Origin: Acidobacteriaceae bacterium
GTDB lineage: Bacteria > Acidobacteriota > Terriglobia > Terriglobales > Acidobacteriaceae
Direction: 5' to 3'
Length of the DNA stretch: 64,000 nucleotides
Assembly (NCBI GenBank): GCA_003138975.1
Contig: PLHQ01000088.1
Coordinates: forward strand, 1,272-65,271
Shown here in pieces: positions 1 through 9,873 of this stretch. The translations under genes and the position numbers were made by a program. Below the pieces are notes generated by a model. The model was not told the DNA's origin. It saw only the letters and a program-made list of their open reading frames with translations, and ran no database searches. Position 1 is the first letter of the stretch, and the number at the start of each line of letters is the position of its first letter.

Positions 1-477
1 GGGCTTGGCGCTTAACCGCTTGCGGATGGTGTCGATGGCATGCTCGAAATCCGCGCCCATCTTGTCGATCTTGTTGATGAAGCAAATGCGCGGCACGCCG
101 TACTTGTCGGCCTGGCGCCAGACTTTTTCCGACTGAGGCTGCACCCCGTGCACCGCGTCAAATACAGCCACGGCGCCGTCGAGCACGCGCAGCGAGCGCT
201 CCACTTCCGCCGTGAAATCCACGTGGCCGGGTGTGTCGATGATGTTAATGCGGATGTCGCGCCAGGTGCAGGTCGTAGCCGCGGAGGTGATCGTAATGCC
301 GCGCTCCTGCTCCTGCTCCATCCAATCCATCGTAGCCGTGCCTTCGTGCACCTCTCCGATGCGGTGCGTCTTTCCCGTATAAAACAGGATGCGCTCCGTC
401 GTAGTGGTCTTTCCGGCATCGATGTGGGCCATGATGCCGATGTTTCTGCAGCGTTCTAATGGTACTGTTCTGGGCAC
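1..477 (-). CDS. fusA: Elongation factor G, N-terminal part (gene runs off the window start)
   Basis: The frame is absent from the ORF track because it is open to the window edge. Reverse translation from GTG at 475-477 reads (M)[62 protein letters not shown]...DTPGHVDFT...[10 protein letters not shown], with GTPase G1/G3/G4 motifs. It lies downstream of rpsL-rpsG, as in the str operon. Confidence 0.92.
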   Translation of the reverse strand, partial: MPRTVPLERCRNIGIMAHIDAGKTTTTERILFYTGKTHRIGEVHEGTATMDWMEQEQERGITITSAATTCTWRDIRINIIDTPGHVDFTAEVERSLRVLDGAVAVFDAVHGVQPQSEKVWRQADKYGVPRICFINKIDKMGADFEHAIDTIRKRLSAKP

Positions 478-550
478 GACAATTAACTCTCTCTGGGCTC
501 CGAAATCAGCTGCCAGCTCTCAAGCCATCAGCCTTCAGTTAAAAAGTTCC

Positions 551-1027
<477 letters not shown>

Positions 1028-1037
1028 TTAACTCCTC

Positions 1038-1415
1038 TTAGCCCTTCTTCGCACGCTTGGCGCCGTATTTCGAACGTCCCTGCTGGCGATTGGCTACCCC
1101 CACCGCATCCAGCGTTCCGCGGATCACGTGATAGCGCACGCCTGGCAGATCCTTCACGCGGCCCCCGCGGATCAGCACAATGGAGTGCTCCTGCAGGTTA
1201 TGGCCAACACCGGGGATGTAGGTTGTGACCTCAATCCCGTTGGTCAGCCGCACGCGCGCCACTTTGCGCAACGCCGAGTTTGGCTTCTTGGGCGTCTGCG
1301 TATACACGCGGGTGCAAACGCCGCGCTTCTGCGGACATCCCTGCAGCGCAGGACTGGCCGTCTTGTACCGTGGCCGCTTGCGACCGTTCGCCACCAATTG
1401 ATTAAAAGTAGGCAC
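1038..1415 (-). CDS. rpsL: 30S ribosomal protein S12
   Basis: The conserved S12 sequence (V->M)[56 protein letters not shown]... is present. I place the start at the GTG at 1415, 9 nt after AAGGAG. The longer track ORF (to 1478) adds a non-S12 extension. Confidence 0.94.
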   Translation of the reverse strand: MPTFNQLVANGRKRPRYKTASPALQGCPQKRGVCTRVYTQTPKKPNSALRKVARVRLTNGIEVTTYIPGVGHNLQEHSIVLIRGGRVKDLPGVRYHVIRGTLDAVGVANRQQGRSKYGAKRAKKG

Positions 1416-1866
1416 TCTTTGCCGCTCCTTGCCGCGCACCGCAATCTGCCCTTGCAGGCGGGCAGCGCACAGCGTCATCCGCTTTCCCGGTCTTTAATTT
1501 CACGATCCGGGCTGACAGGCTCAACTGGCCAGCCATGCTTCTCGCCGCGCATCCATCGCGGAGAGAGATTCTGGGTTCCCGTTCTAGATTTGCGCTGTCG
1601 ACGGTGGCACCCGGCCAAAGCTACGGGGGTGCTCCGTATCGCCAGCTCTGTCCTGCATATCCTTCCGCAGACTACCCGTACGCATGATTCACTCGTACAG
1701 GATGCCCGAGGGCGAAAGGCAGCGCAGGACCATTTCAGCGAGGAAAATTTTCGGACTCATACGCAAGCCGAAAACGTATTTCTCAAAAGCCCAACCACAA
1801 GTCCACGCAATACTCCGCAGAACTCATGGCCTACAGCAAGCTTGGATTAACTCGCGGAACCAACCT

Positions 1867-1896
1867 ACTATAGCAACTCAGACGAAACATCGTCAA
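1867..1896 (-). promoter_or_regulatory. Sigma-70-type promoter candidate facing rpsL (TTGACG-N18-TGcTATAGT)
   Basis: The minus strand reads TTGACGatgtttcgtctgagtTGcTATAGT, that is -35 at 1891-1896 and an extended -10 at 1867-1872. The predicted transcription start is near 1860, about 445 nt upstream of the rpsL start. Confidence 0.5.
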
Positions 1897-2080
1897 CTCG
1901 TGTTTTTGCATCCCACTGCAAACGAGGGGTAGAGAGCAACGGATCCTGGAGACGCAAGGCGCCTTCGCCTTGCTGAATCCGCCTCCAGCCTCTACACTAC
2001 TCAAGTTTTCCATTCCAATTCATAATTTAAAAACGAGCGGCTCGCCCGCGGATGCAATCGTGAGGCGAACAAGAGGGTGC

Positions 2081-4507
2081 ATGGGAAGGTTGCGTTGCGT
2101 TCAGTGGGCGTGGTTCGGCATCACCACCTTTTTCTTTCTGTTCCTGGCAGCCTGCGGCGGAAGCAAACCGCCCGGTGCTTCGCCCTTCCCCGCAAAAATT
2201 ACTCTGAACCCCGCCACCAGCGCTTCCATGCAATTGGGAAGCACCTTGGTATTCACCGCCAGCGCGCAAAACGGCTCAAACACCAACATTTCGCCGACCT
2301 TCACCTACACTTCGAGCAATCCCGGAGTGGTCGACATCTCTCCCGCAGGCTCCGCCTGCGCCGGCAGTTGGAACGCCCCGTACTATAACGTTTGCACGCC
2401 CGCCGGCGGTGGCACGGCTCAGATCACAGCCTCAGCATTGGGAGCCACCAGCCCTCCCACTCTGGTTTTCGTTCATCCGCCAATCGATAACATTCAGGTC
2501 AGCCTGGTTCCTCCCGTCAATTCTCCCCCTCCCGCCTGCCCTGGCCAGACGGCGCTTCCCGCCGCATGTAACATCAACTTCAACGCCAACGCCGCCAACT
2601 ACTGTGTGTCGCAGAATCAGGTACAAACTCTGCAGGCCACCGCTTACAGCCAGGGCGTTGACATCACCGCCTCCGTCGGTCCATTCACCTGGAACCAAGC
2701 CAATCTGAACGTGGTCACAATCACTCCGATCGTATCTTCTGCCAACACTTCTTCCATCAACGTTCCCACCAACCAGGCAACCGTAGTCTCGAATACCCCC
2801 GGACAGACCGAAGTGGTCGCATCGGCTTCAGGAGTTGCCAGCCAGCCCTATGTTGCCGCAACCTGCCCTGTGCAGTGCATCGCGCTGCAGCTCGGTACCA
2901 ACGGTTCACAAAATATTGGCACGACTAGTTTCATCACGAACAAAGGCACATCGGAGACCATCACCGCGACGGCCGTCGACGTCCAGGGCTGCATCGTCCC
3001 CAAGCCCCCGCTGACGTGGACATCCTCTTCGCCAGCTGCAATTACTGCGGGCAGCGCCACCACAGCATGCTCCGCCGGCACCACCTGCACCATCGCCACT
3101 CCTCAGCCTGGAGCGGCTGCAATTACAGCATCGTGCACACCACCGACTTGCAACATCGGCTTCCCGCTGAATCCCGCGGGATATCCAACTGGCTCTCTCT
3201 ACATTCCCCAGCCGGTTTATCCGGTCACCGCCATTTCGGGATTAGTAACCGGCGCCACCACCCCAGCCAGTGTTCTGGCTAGCAGTCAGGATTGTTACAG
3301 CAATTCGCAGTGCGCGGTCGCGCTGTATGACATTGCAACGAACACGAATGTCGCGGGCAGCCCCACCTCGCTGCCCACGCCCCCCAATTCCGTGATGTTC
3401 GATCCGGCGGGAGACAAGGCCTATGCCGGCAGTCAGTATGGTGCACTGCTCATCACCAGCGCCAACATCGGATCGTCTTCCACTAGTCCCTTTACAGCGC
3501 TGCCCGCTTCGGGCACCCCGCTGGGTCTGGTAACGGGCAAGGTCATTGCCGTCTCCCCCAATGGCGCCCTTGCCGTCTTCTCGGATACAGTCTCTACCCC
3601 CAATCAGGTCTACGTCGTCAACGCAAGTTCTACTTCCGCAACTACCACCGCCCTGAATATCAATAGTGCAACCACGGCGGCTTTTTCGCCCGATAACTCA
3701 AAGGCCTTCATCCTCGGCGACGGCGGCAACACTTTATATGTTTATTCGACACTTCAGGCGCTGCAAGCGTATCCATTGACAGCGCCCGCGGACGCTATCG
3801 CGTTCTCTTCCAGTGGGGCATTTGTTTTCATCGCGGGCGGAAGTTCCACCTCAAACATCGACGTCCTCAACACCTGCGACAACTCGCCGGCTAGCTTGTC
3901 GATCACCGGGCTGCCAGCGACCCCCACGTTTCTCAAGATGGTTCCGCCGGGCAGCGCTCCCATGGGCAACGCCAGCGTTCCAGCTTTACAGACGGATGGC
4001 CTAGACGTTTTCATCGGTCTCGATAGCACTGGTATCGATATCATCGCGACCACAACGAAAACGCAGCTAACGACGACGCCGCTAACCCCGCTGTGTCCGC
4101 TGCAAGAAATCGCACTCGCCGAGCCGGTCGGACAGACCACGCCTTTCAATCCCATCCACATCAATCTCCAAAAGGGAACATTTCTCCCTCTTAGTTTTTT
4201 CCTCTCGCCGGACGGTACGCGGGTCTACATCGTGACCAGCGACCAGGGCGTTTTGGTCTATAACTTCAGCACCCAATCGACAAGTGGGATCCCGCTCAAC
4301 GGAAACGCCGCCCCCGTGGCCGGAGACATGACCGTGGACGGCACTCTGCTATACGTGGCCGGCACCGATGGGGTGCTGCATGAACTCAACACTGCCACAG
4401 CCTTGGATGTGATGGAGATCCCCTTTCCGCAGCTCCCCAACTCCTCCAACAACTTTTGCTATTCCTCGTACAGTTGCTCGCTGAATCTGGTGGCTATAAA
4501 ACCGTAA
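2081..4507 (+). CDS. Large secreted lipoprotein with Ig-like segments and beta-propeller-like (YVTN-type) repeats
   Basis: ATG at 2081 gives MGRLRCVQWAWFGITTFFFLFLAACGG, a signal peptide with lipobox L-A-A-C. The N-terminal half is Ser/Thr/Ala-rich. The C-terminal half has repeats such as FSPDNSKAFIL and LSPDGTRVYIV. Confidence 0.75.
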   Translation: MGRLRCVQWAWFGITTFFFLFLAACGGSKPPGASPFPAKITLNPATSASMQLGSTLVFTASAQNGSNTNISPTFTYTSSNPGVVDISPAGSACAGSWNAPYYNVCTPAGGGTAQITASALGATSPPTLVFVHPPIDNIQVSLVPPVNSPPPACPGQTALPAACNINFNANAANYCVSQNQVQTLQATAYSQGVDITASVGPFTWNQANLNVVTITPIVSSANTSSINVPTNQATVVSNTPGQTEVVASASGVASQPYVAATCPVQCIALQLGTNGSQNIGTTSFITNKGTSETITATAVDVQGCIVPKPPLTWTSSSPAAITAGSATTACSAGTTCTIATPQPGAAAITASCTPPTCNIGFPLNPAGYPTGSLYIPQPVYPVTAISGLVTGATTPASVLASSQDCYSNSQCAVALYDIATNTNVAGSPTSLPTPPNSVMFDPAGDKAYAGSQYGALLITSANIGSSSTSPFTALPASGTPLGLVTGKVIAVSPNGALAVFSDTVSTPNQVYVVNASSTSATTTALNINSATTAAFSPDNSKAFILGDGGNTLYVYSTLQALQAYPLTAPADAIAFSSSGAFVFIAGGSSTSNIDVLNTCDNSPASLSITGLPATPTFLKMVPPGSAPMGNASVPALQTDGLDVFIGLDSTGIDIIATTTKTQLTTTPLTPLCPLQEIALAEPVGQTTPFNPIHINLQKGTFLPLSFFLSPDGTRVYIVTSDQGVLVYNFSTQSTSGIPLNGNAAPVAGDMTVDGTLLYVAGTDGVLHELNTATALDVMEIPFPQLPNSSNNFCYSSYSCSLNLVAIKP

Positions 4508-4586
4508 GTTAGACAAGCCGCGAGTTCGTAGCCTTTGGAACAAGAATGATTCAGGTGGGCTAGTGGCAGGGTTATGCGCAACTCAT

Positions 4587-5003
4587 CTACGCCGGTTTCT
4601 GCAGTTCCTTCGCCACGCTATCGAGCACACCGTTGACGAACTGCACCGATTCCAGGCTGGAAAATTTTCGTGCGATCTCCAACGATTCGTTGATCACCAC
4701 CGCACGCGGCGTCTCCGGATAGGCCAGAAATTCCGCCACTCCCGCGCGTAACAGATTGCGATCCACCGCCGCCATGCGCTCCATGCGCCAGTGTTCCGCG
4801 TGACGTTCGATCAGCTTATCGATTTCCGCTCCGCGATCAGTCGCCACGCGAAACAAATCGTCCGCAAACCCGCGCACGTCGGCGCTGGTCCCGCCATGCT
4901 CCGCCCAGAACGTCTGCCGCACATGATCCACCGTCTGCTTGCCCATGTCCGCCTGAAACAGCATCTGCAGAACCAGTTCGCGAGATTTGCGACGAGTACC
5001 CAT
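4587..5003 (-). CDS. nusB: Transcription antitermination factor NusB
   Basis: MGTRRKSRELVLQMLFQADMG...LEIARKFSS...FVNGVLD is NusB-like. It lies directly downstream of ribH, the conserved ribH-nusB pair. Confidence 0.93.
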   Translation of the reverse strand: MGTRRKSRELVLQMLFQADMGKQTVDHVRQTFWAEHGGTSADVRGFADDLFRVATDRGAEIDKLIERHAEHWRMERMAAVDRNLLRAGVAEFLAYPETPRAVVINESLEIARKFSSLESVQFVNGVLDSVAKELQKPA

Positions 5004-5051
5004 AAGAAATATTGCGTGGAAAGTGGATAATTGCAGTTTACTGCAGAGAGG

Positions 5052-5633
5052 TTAGTTACGCCGCTTTGTCTTCGAACCCCTGGCTTTAGATTTATTGCTC
5101 GCGGAGCGAGGAATCTCCTTCTTAACAGCTGATAGCTGACGCCCGATAGCGTGTTTCAACGATGCCATCTCCACCGCAGCCAGCGCCGCCTCGAATCCCT
5201 TATTGCCCATCTTCAGTCCGGCGCGGTCAATGGCCTGCTCCAAGGTCTCGCAGGTGAGCACCCCGAAGGCATGCGGCACTCCCGTTTCCTGAGCCGACTG
5301 CCCAATTCCGCGCGTCACTTCGTTCACGATCACGTCGTAGTGAGCGGTATCGCCGCGCAGCAAACAACCGAGGCAGATGATCGCGTCGTACTTCTTTGTC
5401 TCCGCCAGTTTCCGCGCCGCCAGCGGAATCTCGAACGCCCCCGGAACCCGGATTAGCTCTATATCTTCTTTTTTCGCACCAGAGCGCAGCAGCCCGTCAT
5501 ATGCGCTGAGAAAAAGTCTCTCCGTGATGAAGGCATTGAATCGCGAAACGACGATGGCAAACCGCTTCCCCTCAGCGCTCAATGTACCTTCGAGTGCGCG
5601 CAACTCGGGCTCGGGAGGAATTTCCAGAACCAA
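5052..5633 (-). CDS. ribH: 6,7-dimethyl-8-ribityllumazine synthase, with a basic C-terminal tail
   Basis: FAIVVSRFNAFITERL...RVPGAFEIPLAA...YDAIICLGCLLRGDTAHYDVIVNEV...FGVLTCETLEQAIDRAG are lumazine synthase motifs. About 35 extra Lys/Arg/Ser-rich residues follow at the C-terminus. Confidence 0.93.
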   Translation of the reverse strand: MVLEIPPEPELRALEGTLSAEGKRFAIVVSRFNAFITERLFLSAYDGLLRSGAKKEDIELIRVPGAFEIPLAARKLAETKKYDAIICLGCLLRGDTAHYDVIVNEVTRGIGQSAQETGVPHAFGVLTCETLEQAIDRAGLKMGNKGFEAALAAVEMASLKHAIGRQLSAVKKEIPRSASNKSKARGSKTKRRN

Positions 5634-5650
5634 ATCCTGATTATCTCTTT

Positions 5651-5685
5651 TCTCCGTGACTCAGTGTCTCCGTGGTGAATTCAGT
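5651..5685 (+). repeat. Short intergenic repeat, family B (…GTGTCTCCGTGGTGAAtTTC…), copy 1
   Basis: ctccgtgactcagtgtctccgtggtgaattca matches about 85% of 6580-6612. It lies between the crotonase stop and the ribH start. Confidence 0.6.
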
Positions 5686-5708
5686 TTGATGGAACTTCCG
5701 TGGCAGAT

Positions 5709-6491
5709 TCACTTCCCCTTGAACTGCGCCGCTCGCTTCTCCAGAAACGCCGAAGTCCCTTCCTTCTTGTCCTCGGTCGCGCAGGCCACAGCAAACAGCA
5801 CCGCCTCCAGGTACAATCCCTCGCTCAAAGTCATCTCCATACCCTTGTTCACGGCCTCCATGGCATACTGCACCGCCAGCGGCGCGTTGGTGATGATCTT
5901 CGCCGCAACCGCCTCCGCCCGCGGAATCAACTCCGCCGCAGCCGTAACTTCATTCACCAACCCAATGCGATGCGCTTCCTGCGCCGTGATCATCTCGCCC
6001 GCCAGCACCATCTGCATAGCAATGCCTTTGCCCACCAGTCGTGGCAACCGCTGCGTTCCGCCGTAGCCCGGGATAATCCCCAGCTTCACTTCGGGCTGCC
6101 CCAACTTCGCATTCTCACTCGCCAATCGCATGGTGCACGCCATCGCGATCTCACATCCTCCACCCAGCGCAAATCCGTTGATGCACGCGATCACCGGCTT
6201 GCCCAAATTTTCGATCAAGTTAAGAACGCTCTGCCCGCGGTGCGTGTATTCTTTTCCGCTGACCGCGTCATGCTTTGACAGCTCGGCAATGTCTGCGCCG
6301 GCGATGAACGCCTTCTCGCCCGCCCCGGTAAAGATAACAACGCGAATCGCCGCGTCGTTCTTGATGTCATGAAACGCCGCCCGCAACTCTTCCATGGTGG
6401 CCATGTTCAGCGCGTTCAGCACCTTCGGCCGGTTCACGGTGACGTAGGCAATCGAGTTTTTCTTTTCCAGAAGAAGATTTTCGAAGTTCAT
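5709..6491 (-). CDS. Enoyl-CoA hydratase (crotonase family)
   Basis: MNFENLLLEKKNSIAYVTVNRPKVLNALN...FTGAGEKAFIAGADI...ACINGFALGGGCEIAMAC... is full-length crotonase-fold. Confidence 0.92.
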   Translation of the reverse strand: MNFENLLLEKKNSIAYVTVNRPKVLNALNMATMEELRAAFHDIKNDAAIRVVIFTGAGEKAFIAGADIAELSKHDAVSGKEYTHRGQSVLNLIENLGKPVIACINGFALGGGCEIAMACTMRLASENAKLGQPEVKLGIIPGYGGTQRLPRLVGKGIAMQMVLAGEMITAQEAHRIGLVNEVTAAAELIPRAEAVAAKIITNAPLAVQYAMEAVNKGMEMTLSEGLYLEAVLFAVACATEDKKEGTSAFLEKRAAQFKGK

Positions 6492-6537
6492 AAATTCAAA
6501 CCTGCCATGGATTCACTCGGATCAAATCACTTCCAAC

Positions 6538-6612
6538 CACGGAGGCACCGAGACACAGAGAACGAAGGACGATCTTCCTCCGTGTCTCCGTGTCTCTGTG
6601 GTGAAATTTCAA
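6538..6612 (+). repeat. Short intergenic repeat, family B, copy 2 (longer, imperfect hairpin)
   Basis: ccacggaggcaccgagacacagagaacgaaggacgatcttcctccgtgtctccgtgtctctgtggtgaaatttc has imperfectly complementary arms (cacagagacacgg / ccgtgtctctgtg). Confidence 0.6.
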
Positions 6613-6638
6613 ATCCGCGTCTATCCGTGGCTGCAAAT

Positions 6639-6962
6639 TCACTTCCTCCGCACCACCACTGCCACTTCATCCTTGCTCAACCCGCAACTGATGCAACGCT
6701 GCGTCCACAGCCGGTTGGCGAATATTTTCCCGCACCGCGGACACCTCCATTCCGTCAGCCACCAAGCCCCCGCCAGGTATACGCAGATCCAGCCCACCAG
6801 CATCGCGAAATCTTTAACTTCGCCAAGTTTGAGCCTTGCGACCATAAAGCCCAGAAGCACAAAGCTGAGAAAAAGCACCACAACCAGATTCCGCCGCGCC
6901 ACGTAGCTGTGCCACGCTCGCCGATACCGTTCCACATCCTGCGGACTGATTTCGCCTGGCAT
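6639..6962 (-). CDS. Small membrane protein with a C-terminal CxxC...CxxC zinc-ribbon
   Basis: 107 aa with two hydrophobic helices (LVVVLFLSFVLLGFMV, LVGWICVYLAGAWWL) followed by CPRCGKIF...CISCGL. It is co-directional with the flanking fatty-acid genes. Confidence 0.55.
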   Translation of the reverse strand: MPGEISPQDVERYRRAWHSYVARRNLVVVLFLSFVLLGFMVARLKLGEVKDFAMLVGWICVYLAGAWWLTEWRCPRCGKIFANRLWTQRCISCGLSKDEVAVVVRRK

Positions 6963-7002
6963 CTTTCTTGATCGTCTCCGCGAACGCGAATTGAGGCTGG
7001 CC

Positions 7003-7896
7003 CTAGAGTTTATTCGCCTTTGGATTATTCGGATCGGAATAATCGTAAAACCCTTTACCCGTCTTCTTCCCGTACCACCCTGCCATCACCAGTCGCTTCA
7101 GCAGCGGAGGCGATGCAAACCGCCGCTCCTTGAACTCCTCAAACATCACCTGCGTGATGTAATAAGTAGTTTCGAGTCCCACAAAATCCAGCAGAGTAAA
7201 CGGCCCCATGGGATATCCGCAGCCCAGCTTCATGGCGTTATCGATGTCTTCAATCGATCCCACGCCCTCTTCATAGGCCCGAATGGCATCAAGCAAATAC
7301 GGCACCAGCAGCCGGTTGACAATGAAGCCCGTCTTGTCCGACGTGCGCACCGGAACCTTACCCAGCTTCTTGCCAAATTCGTAAGCCGTCTGGTAAACAT
7401 CGTCGGCGGTGGCAATCGTCCGCACCACTTCCACCAGCTTCATCAGCGGCACGGGATTAAAAAAGTGCAGCCCGATAAACCGCTCCGGACGCATCACTGA
7501 AGTCAGCAGCTCGGTCACCGAAATCGAAGACGTATTCGAAGCGAAGATTGCGTCTTTCTTCACCACGCCATCGAGTGACGCATACATCTTCTTCTTTTCT
7601 TCCACGTTCTCGATGATCGCTTCAATAATAATGTCGCAATCGGCCAGGTTGGCCTGGTTCGTCGTCCCCTTGAGCCGCCCCCGGATCGCGTCCTTCTGCT
7701 GCGCCGTGATCCCGCCCTTCTCCACTGGACGCTCGGCAAACTTCGCCAAAGATTTCTCGATCCCAGCAAACCCCTTGTCGAGAAACTTCTGCTCGACTTC
7801 AAGCACGGTCACATCGAATCCGGCCATAGCGCACACCTGCGCAATGCCGGAACCCATCAGCCCACACCCGAGAACACCAACCTGCTTGATTTCCAT
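7003..7896 (-). CDS. hbd: 3-hydroxybutyryl-CoA dehydrogenase (copy 1)
   Basis: MEIKQVGVLGCGLMGSGIAQV (Rossmann fold)...NTSSISVTEL...GLHFFNPVPLMKLVE...GFIVNRLL. ATG at 7896 is preceded by GAGGAAAG. Confidence 0.92.
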   Translation of the reverse strand: MEIKQVGVLGCGLMGSGIAQVCAMAGFDVTVLEVEQKFLDKGFAGIEKSLAKFAERPVEKGGITAQQKDAIRGRLKGTTNQANLADCDIIIEAIIENVEEKKKMYASLDGVVKKDAIFASNTSSISVTELLTSVMRPERFIGLHFFNPVPLMKLVEVVRTIATADDVYQTAYEFGKKLGKVPVRTSDKTGFIVNRLLVPYLLDAIRAYEEGVGSIEDIDNAMKLGCGYPMGPFTLLDFVGLETTYYITQVMFEEFKERRFASPPLLKRLVMAGWYGKKTGKGFYDYSDPNNPKANKL

Positions 7897-7926
7897 GATT
7901 GCTTTCCTCACACCAAAAAATTATCT

Positions 7927-7990
7927 TGTCATTCTGAGCGAAGCGAAGAACCTATGCACTTTGCCCGCGGCGCTGAAATGCATGGTTCTG
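7927..7990 (+). repeat. Dispersed intergenic repeat, family A (GTCATYCYGAGCG...GCGAAGRAYC), copy a
   Basis: ttgtcattctgagcgaagcgaagaacctatgcactttgcccgcggcgctgaaatgcatggttc, with an internal hairpin (gaacctatgca / tgcatggttc). Confidence 0.7.
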
Positions 7991-7991
7991 C

Positions 7992-8384
7992 TTAGTTAGG
8001 CTTTGCACCCGTCGGAGCGCGTTCAATTACTATTTTCAGATCGAGTAACCCGTAGCTTCTCTCCGGTTCATCACATCGGAAGTAAACTCGAACTGCACCT
8101 TTGCACCCTGGGCGATAGAAATCTGCGAATGCGTTTTCATCCGTCAACCGGGGCGCTGCCTCACGTTCGATGGCTTGCCTGTCTTGATAGATTAGGTTTG
8201 AGAAGGCGCTACGCACATGCTTGCTGAAATCGCTCCACTCAAATCCAGTCTCCGTGCTGCAGGTGGGGCACAAGTAAATTGTCCATCTGTTGCTATATCC
8301 CCGACGCTCGGATGAACCTTCGCGAAAATTTCCCTTATAGTCGCAGCCCAACAAAGTAAATCTCTCCTTTGCAGCCACCATCAT
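7992..8384 (-). CDS. Orphan Cys-containing hypothetical protein (130 aa)
   Basis: The ORF is MMVAAKERFTLLGCDYKGNF...LCPTCSTETGFEW...PGCKGAVRVYFRCDEPE.... I recognise no family. A hand count gives about 50% GC. It is bracketed by inverted family-A repeats. Confidence 0.5.
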   Translation of the reverse strand: MMVAAKERFTLLGCDYKGNFREGSSERRGYSNRWTIYLCPTCSTETGFEWSDFSKHVRSAFSNLIYQDRQAIEREAAPRLTDENAFADFYRPGCKGAVRVYFRCDEPERSYGLLDLKIVIERAPTGAKPN

Positions 8385-8410
8385 TCCAATTCAGCCTCCG
8401 AATATCTTAT

Positions 8411-8504
8411 GGCTCTGAGAGATGCGAAGGTGCGTAAGCATTTCCGCCTGCGCCAGCAAACTGCATCGGTCCTTCGCGGGAAAGACTCCGCTCAGGATGA
8501 CAAG
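8411..8504 (-). repeat. Dispersed intergenic repeat, family A, copy b (inverted relative to copy a)
   Basis: The reverse complement reads cttgtcatcctgagcggagtctttcccgcgaaggaccgatgcagtttgctggcgcaggcggaaatgc..., with the same blocks as 7927-7990. Confidence 0.7.
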
Positions 8505-8520
8505 TGTTCGTTGACCAACG

Positions 8521-9720
8521 CTAATTCAAGCTCTCCACAATCATCGCAATCCCCTGCCCGCCGCCAATGCAAGCCGTAGCCAGACCATACTTCTTCTTCC
8601 GCCGCCGCAATTCATAGAGCAGCGTAATCACCAGCCGCGTCCCGGTCGCTCCCAGCGGATGCCCCAACGCAATCGCGCCGCCGTTCACATTCACCTTCTC
8701 TCGATCCAATCCGAGTTCCTTCTCCACCGCCAGATACTGCGCCGCGAACGCCTCATTCACTTCAATCAAATCAATGTAGTCGAGCGACAACCCAGCCTTC
8801 TGCAGCGCCACCTTCGTCGCCGGCACCGGACCGCGCCCCATCAGCTTCGGTTCAACTCCCGCAATTCCCCAACTCACAATCCGCCCTAGCGGCTGAATAC
8901 TTCGCTTGCGGGCCTCCTCTAGCGACATCAACACCACCGCCGCGCCGCCATCCACAATGCCACTGGCGTTGCCTGCTGTGACTGTGCCATTTTTTCCGAA
9001 CGCAGCCTTTAGCTTCCCCAAGCCTTCCATCGTGGTCTGCGGACGCCGGTGGTCATCTTCGGTCAGCGATTCCCCCGTAGCCTCACCCTTCGAGTTCCGC
9101 AGCGGCACCGGAACCAGCTCTTCCTGAATGCGTCCTTCTTTATAGGCCGCATCGGCTTTCTGCTGCGAGCGCAGCGCGAATTCATCCTGCGCCTGCCGCG
9201 TGATACCCTGCTGCTCACCATACGCCTCCGCCGTGTTCGCCATGTACAGCCCGCAATAGCTGTCGAGCAGTGCGACCATCAGCGAGTCTTCCAGCTTCCC
9301 GCCCGGAGCCAGCGTAAATCCGTCACGCCCGCGAATCACAAATGGAGCCTGCGACATGGCTTCCATTCCGCCCGCCAGCACAATCTTCGCTTCGTCCAAC
9401 TGAATCATTTGCGCCGCGTTCACAATCGACTGCATCCCGCTTCCGCACAGCCGGTTCACCGTCAGCGCCGGAGTTTCGATCGGCAGCCCCGCGCGCAAGC
9501 CCACATGCCGCGCCCCATACAGCGCATCGCCCGAAGTCTGCTGCGCATTGCCAAACACAGCATGATCAAACTCCTTCGCATCGATCCCCGACCGCTCAAT
9601 CGCTCCCTTGGCCGCAAACGCGCCTAACTCCTGCGCCGTAAAATCCTTCAACTTGCCGCAGTAGCGGCCAAAGGGCGTGCGCGCCCCGCTGACAATCGCG
9701 ATATCACCCGGTTTCAACAT
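8521..9720 (-). CDS. Acetyl-CoA C-acetyltransferase (thiolase II)
   Basis: The 399-aa ORF has [10 protein letters not shown] (active-site Cys)...[12 protein letters not shown]...[15 protein letters not shown]...CIGGGQG. Confidence 0.95.
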   Translation of the reverse strand: MLKPGDIAIVSGARTPFGRYCGKLKDFTAQELGAFAAKGAIERSGIDAKEFDHAVFGNAQQTSGDALYGARHVGLRAGLPIETPALTVNRLCGSGMQSIVNAAQMIQLDEAKIVLAGGMEAMSQAPFVIRGRDGFTLAPGGKLEDSLMVALLDSYCGLYMANTAEAYGEQQGITRQAQDEFALRSQQKADAAYKEGRIQEELVPVPLRNSKGEATGESLTEDDHRRPQTTMEGLGKLKAAFGKNGTVTAGNASGIVDGGAAVVLMSLEEARKRSIQPLGRIVSWGIAGVEPKLMGRGPVPATKVALQKAGLSLDYIDLIEVNEAFAAQYLAVEKELGLDREKVNVNGGAIALGHPLGATGTRLVITLLYELRRRKKKYGLATACIGGGQGIAMIVESLN

Positions 9721-9873
9721 GGCTTTCCTGAAAGAATCCGCGCTCAGAGCACATCCAAACTGATAATCAAACTGGTTAGTGTAGCAGCGCGTGAGGAGAT
9801 TTGACCACCAAGAGGTTTGCTTTAGATGCGACCACCGACATCGTGGTACATTCGCCCACCAAGGGGGAGTCAG

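Noticed and set aside
1500-1860. Possible tmRNA, RNase P RNA or SRP RNA in the rpsL upstream region. Short stretches resemble conserved motifs: gattctgg…gatttgcg (tmRNA 5' end), gaggaaaattttcggactc (RNase P GAGGAAAGUCCGG) and tctgcggaaggatatgcagg (SRP GGAA loop).
   Set aside because: The motifs are in the wrong order or on the wrong strand relative to each other. There is no T-arm/CCA end for tmRNA. RNase P blocks GGUAAGAGCGCACC and ACAGAACCCGGCUUA are absent. The SRP helix-8 pairing does not form. The region is kept only as an unassigned structured leader.
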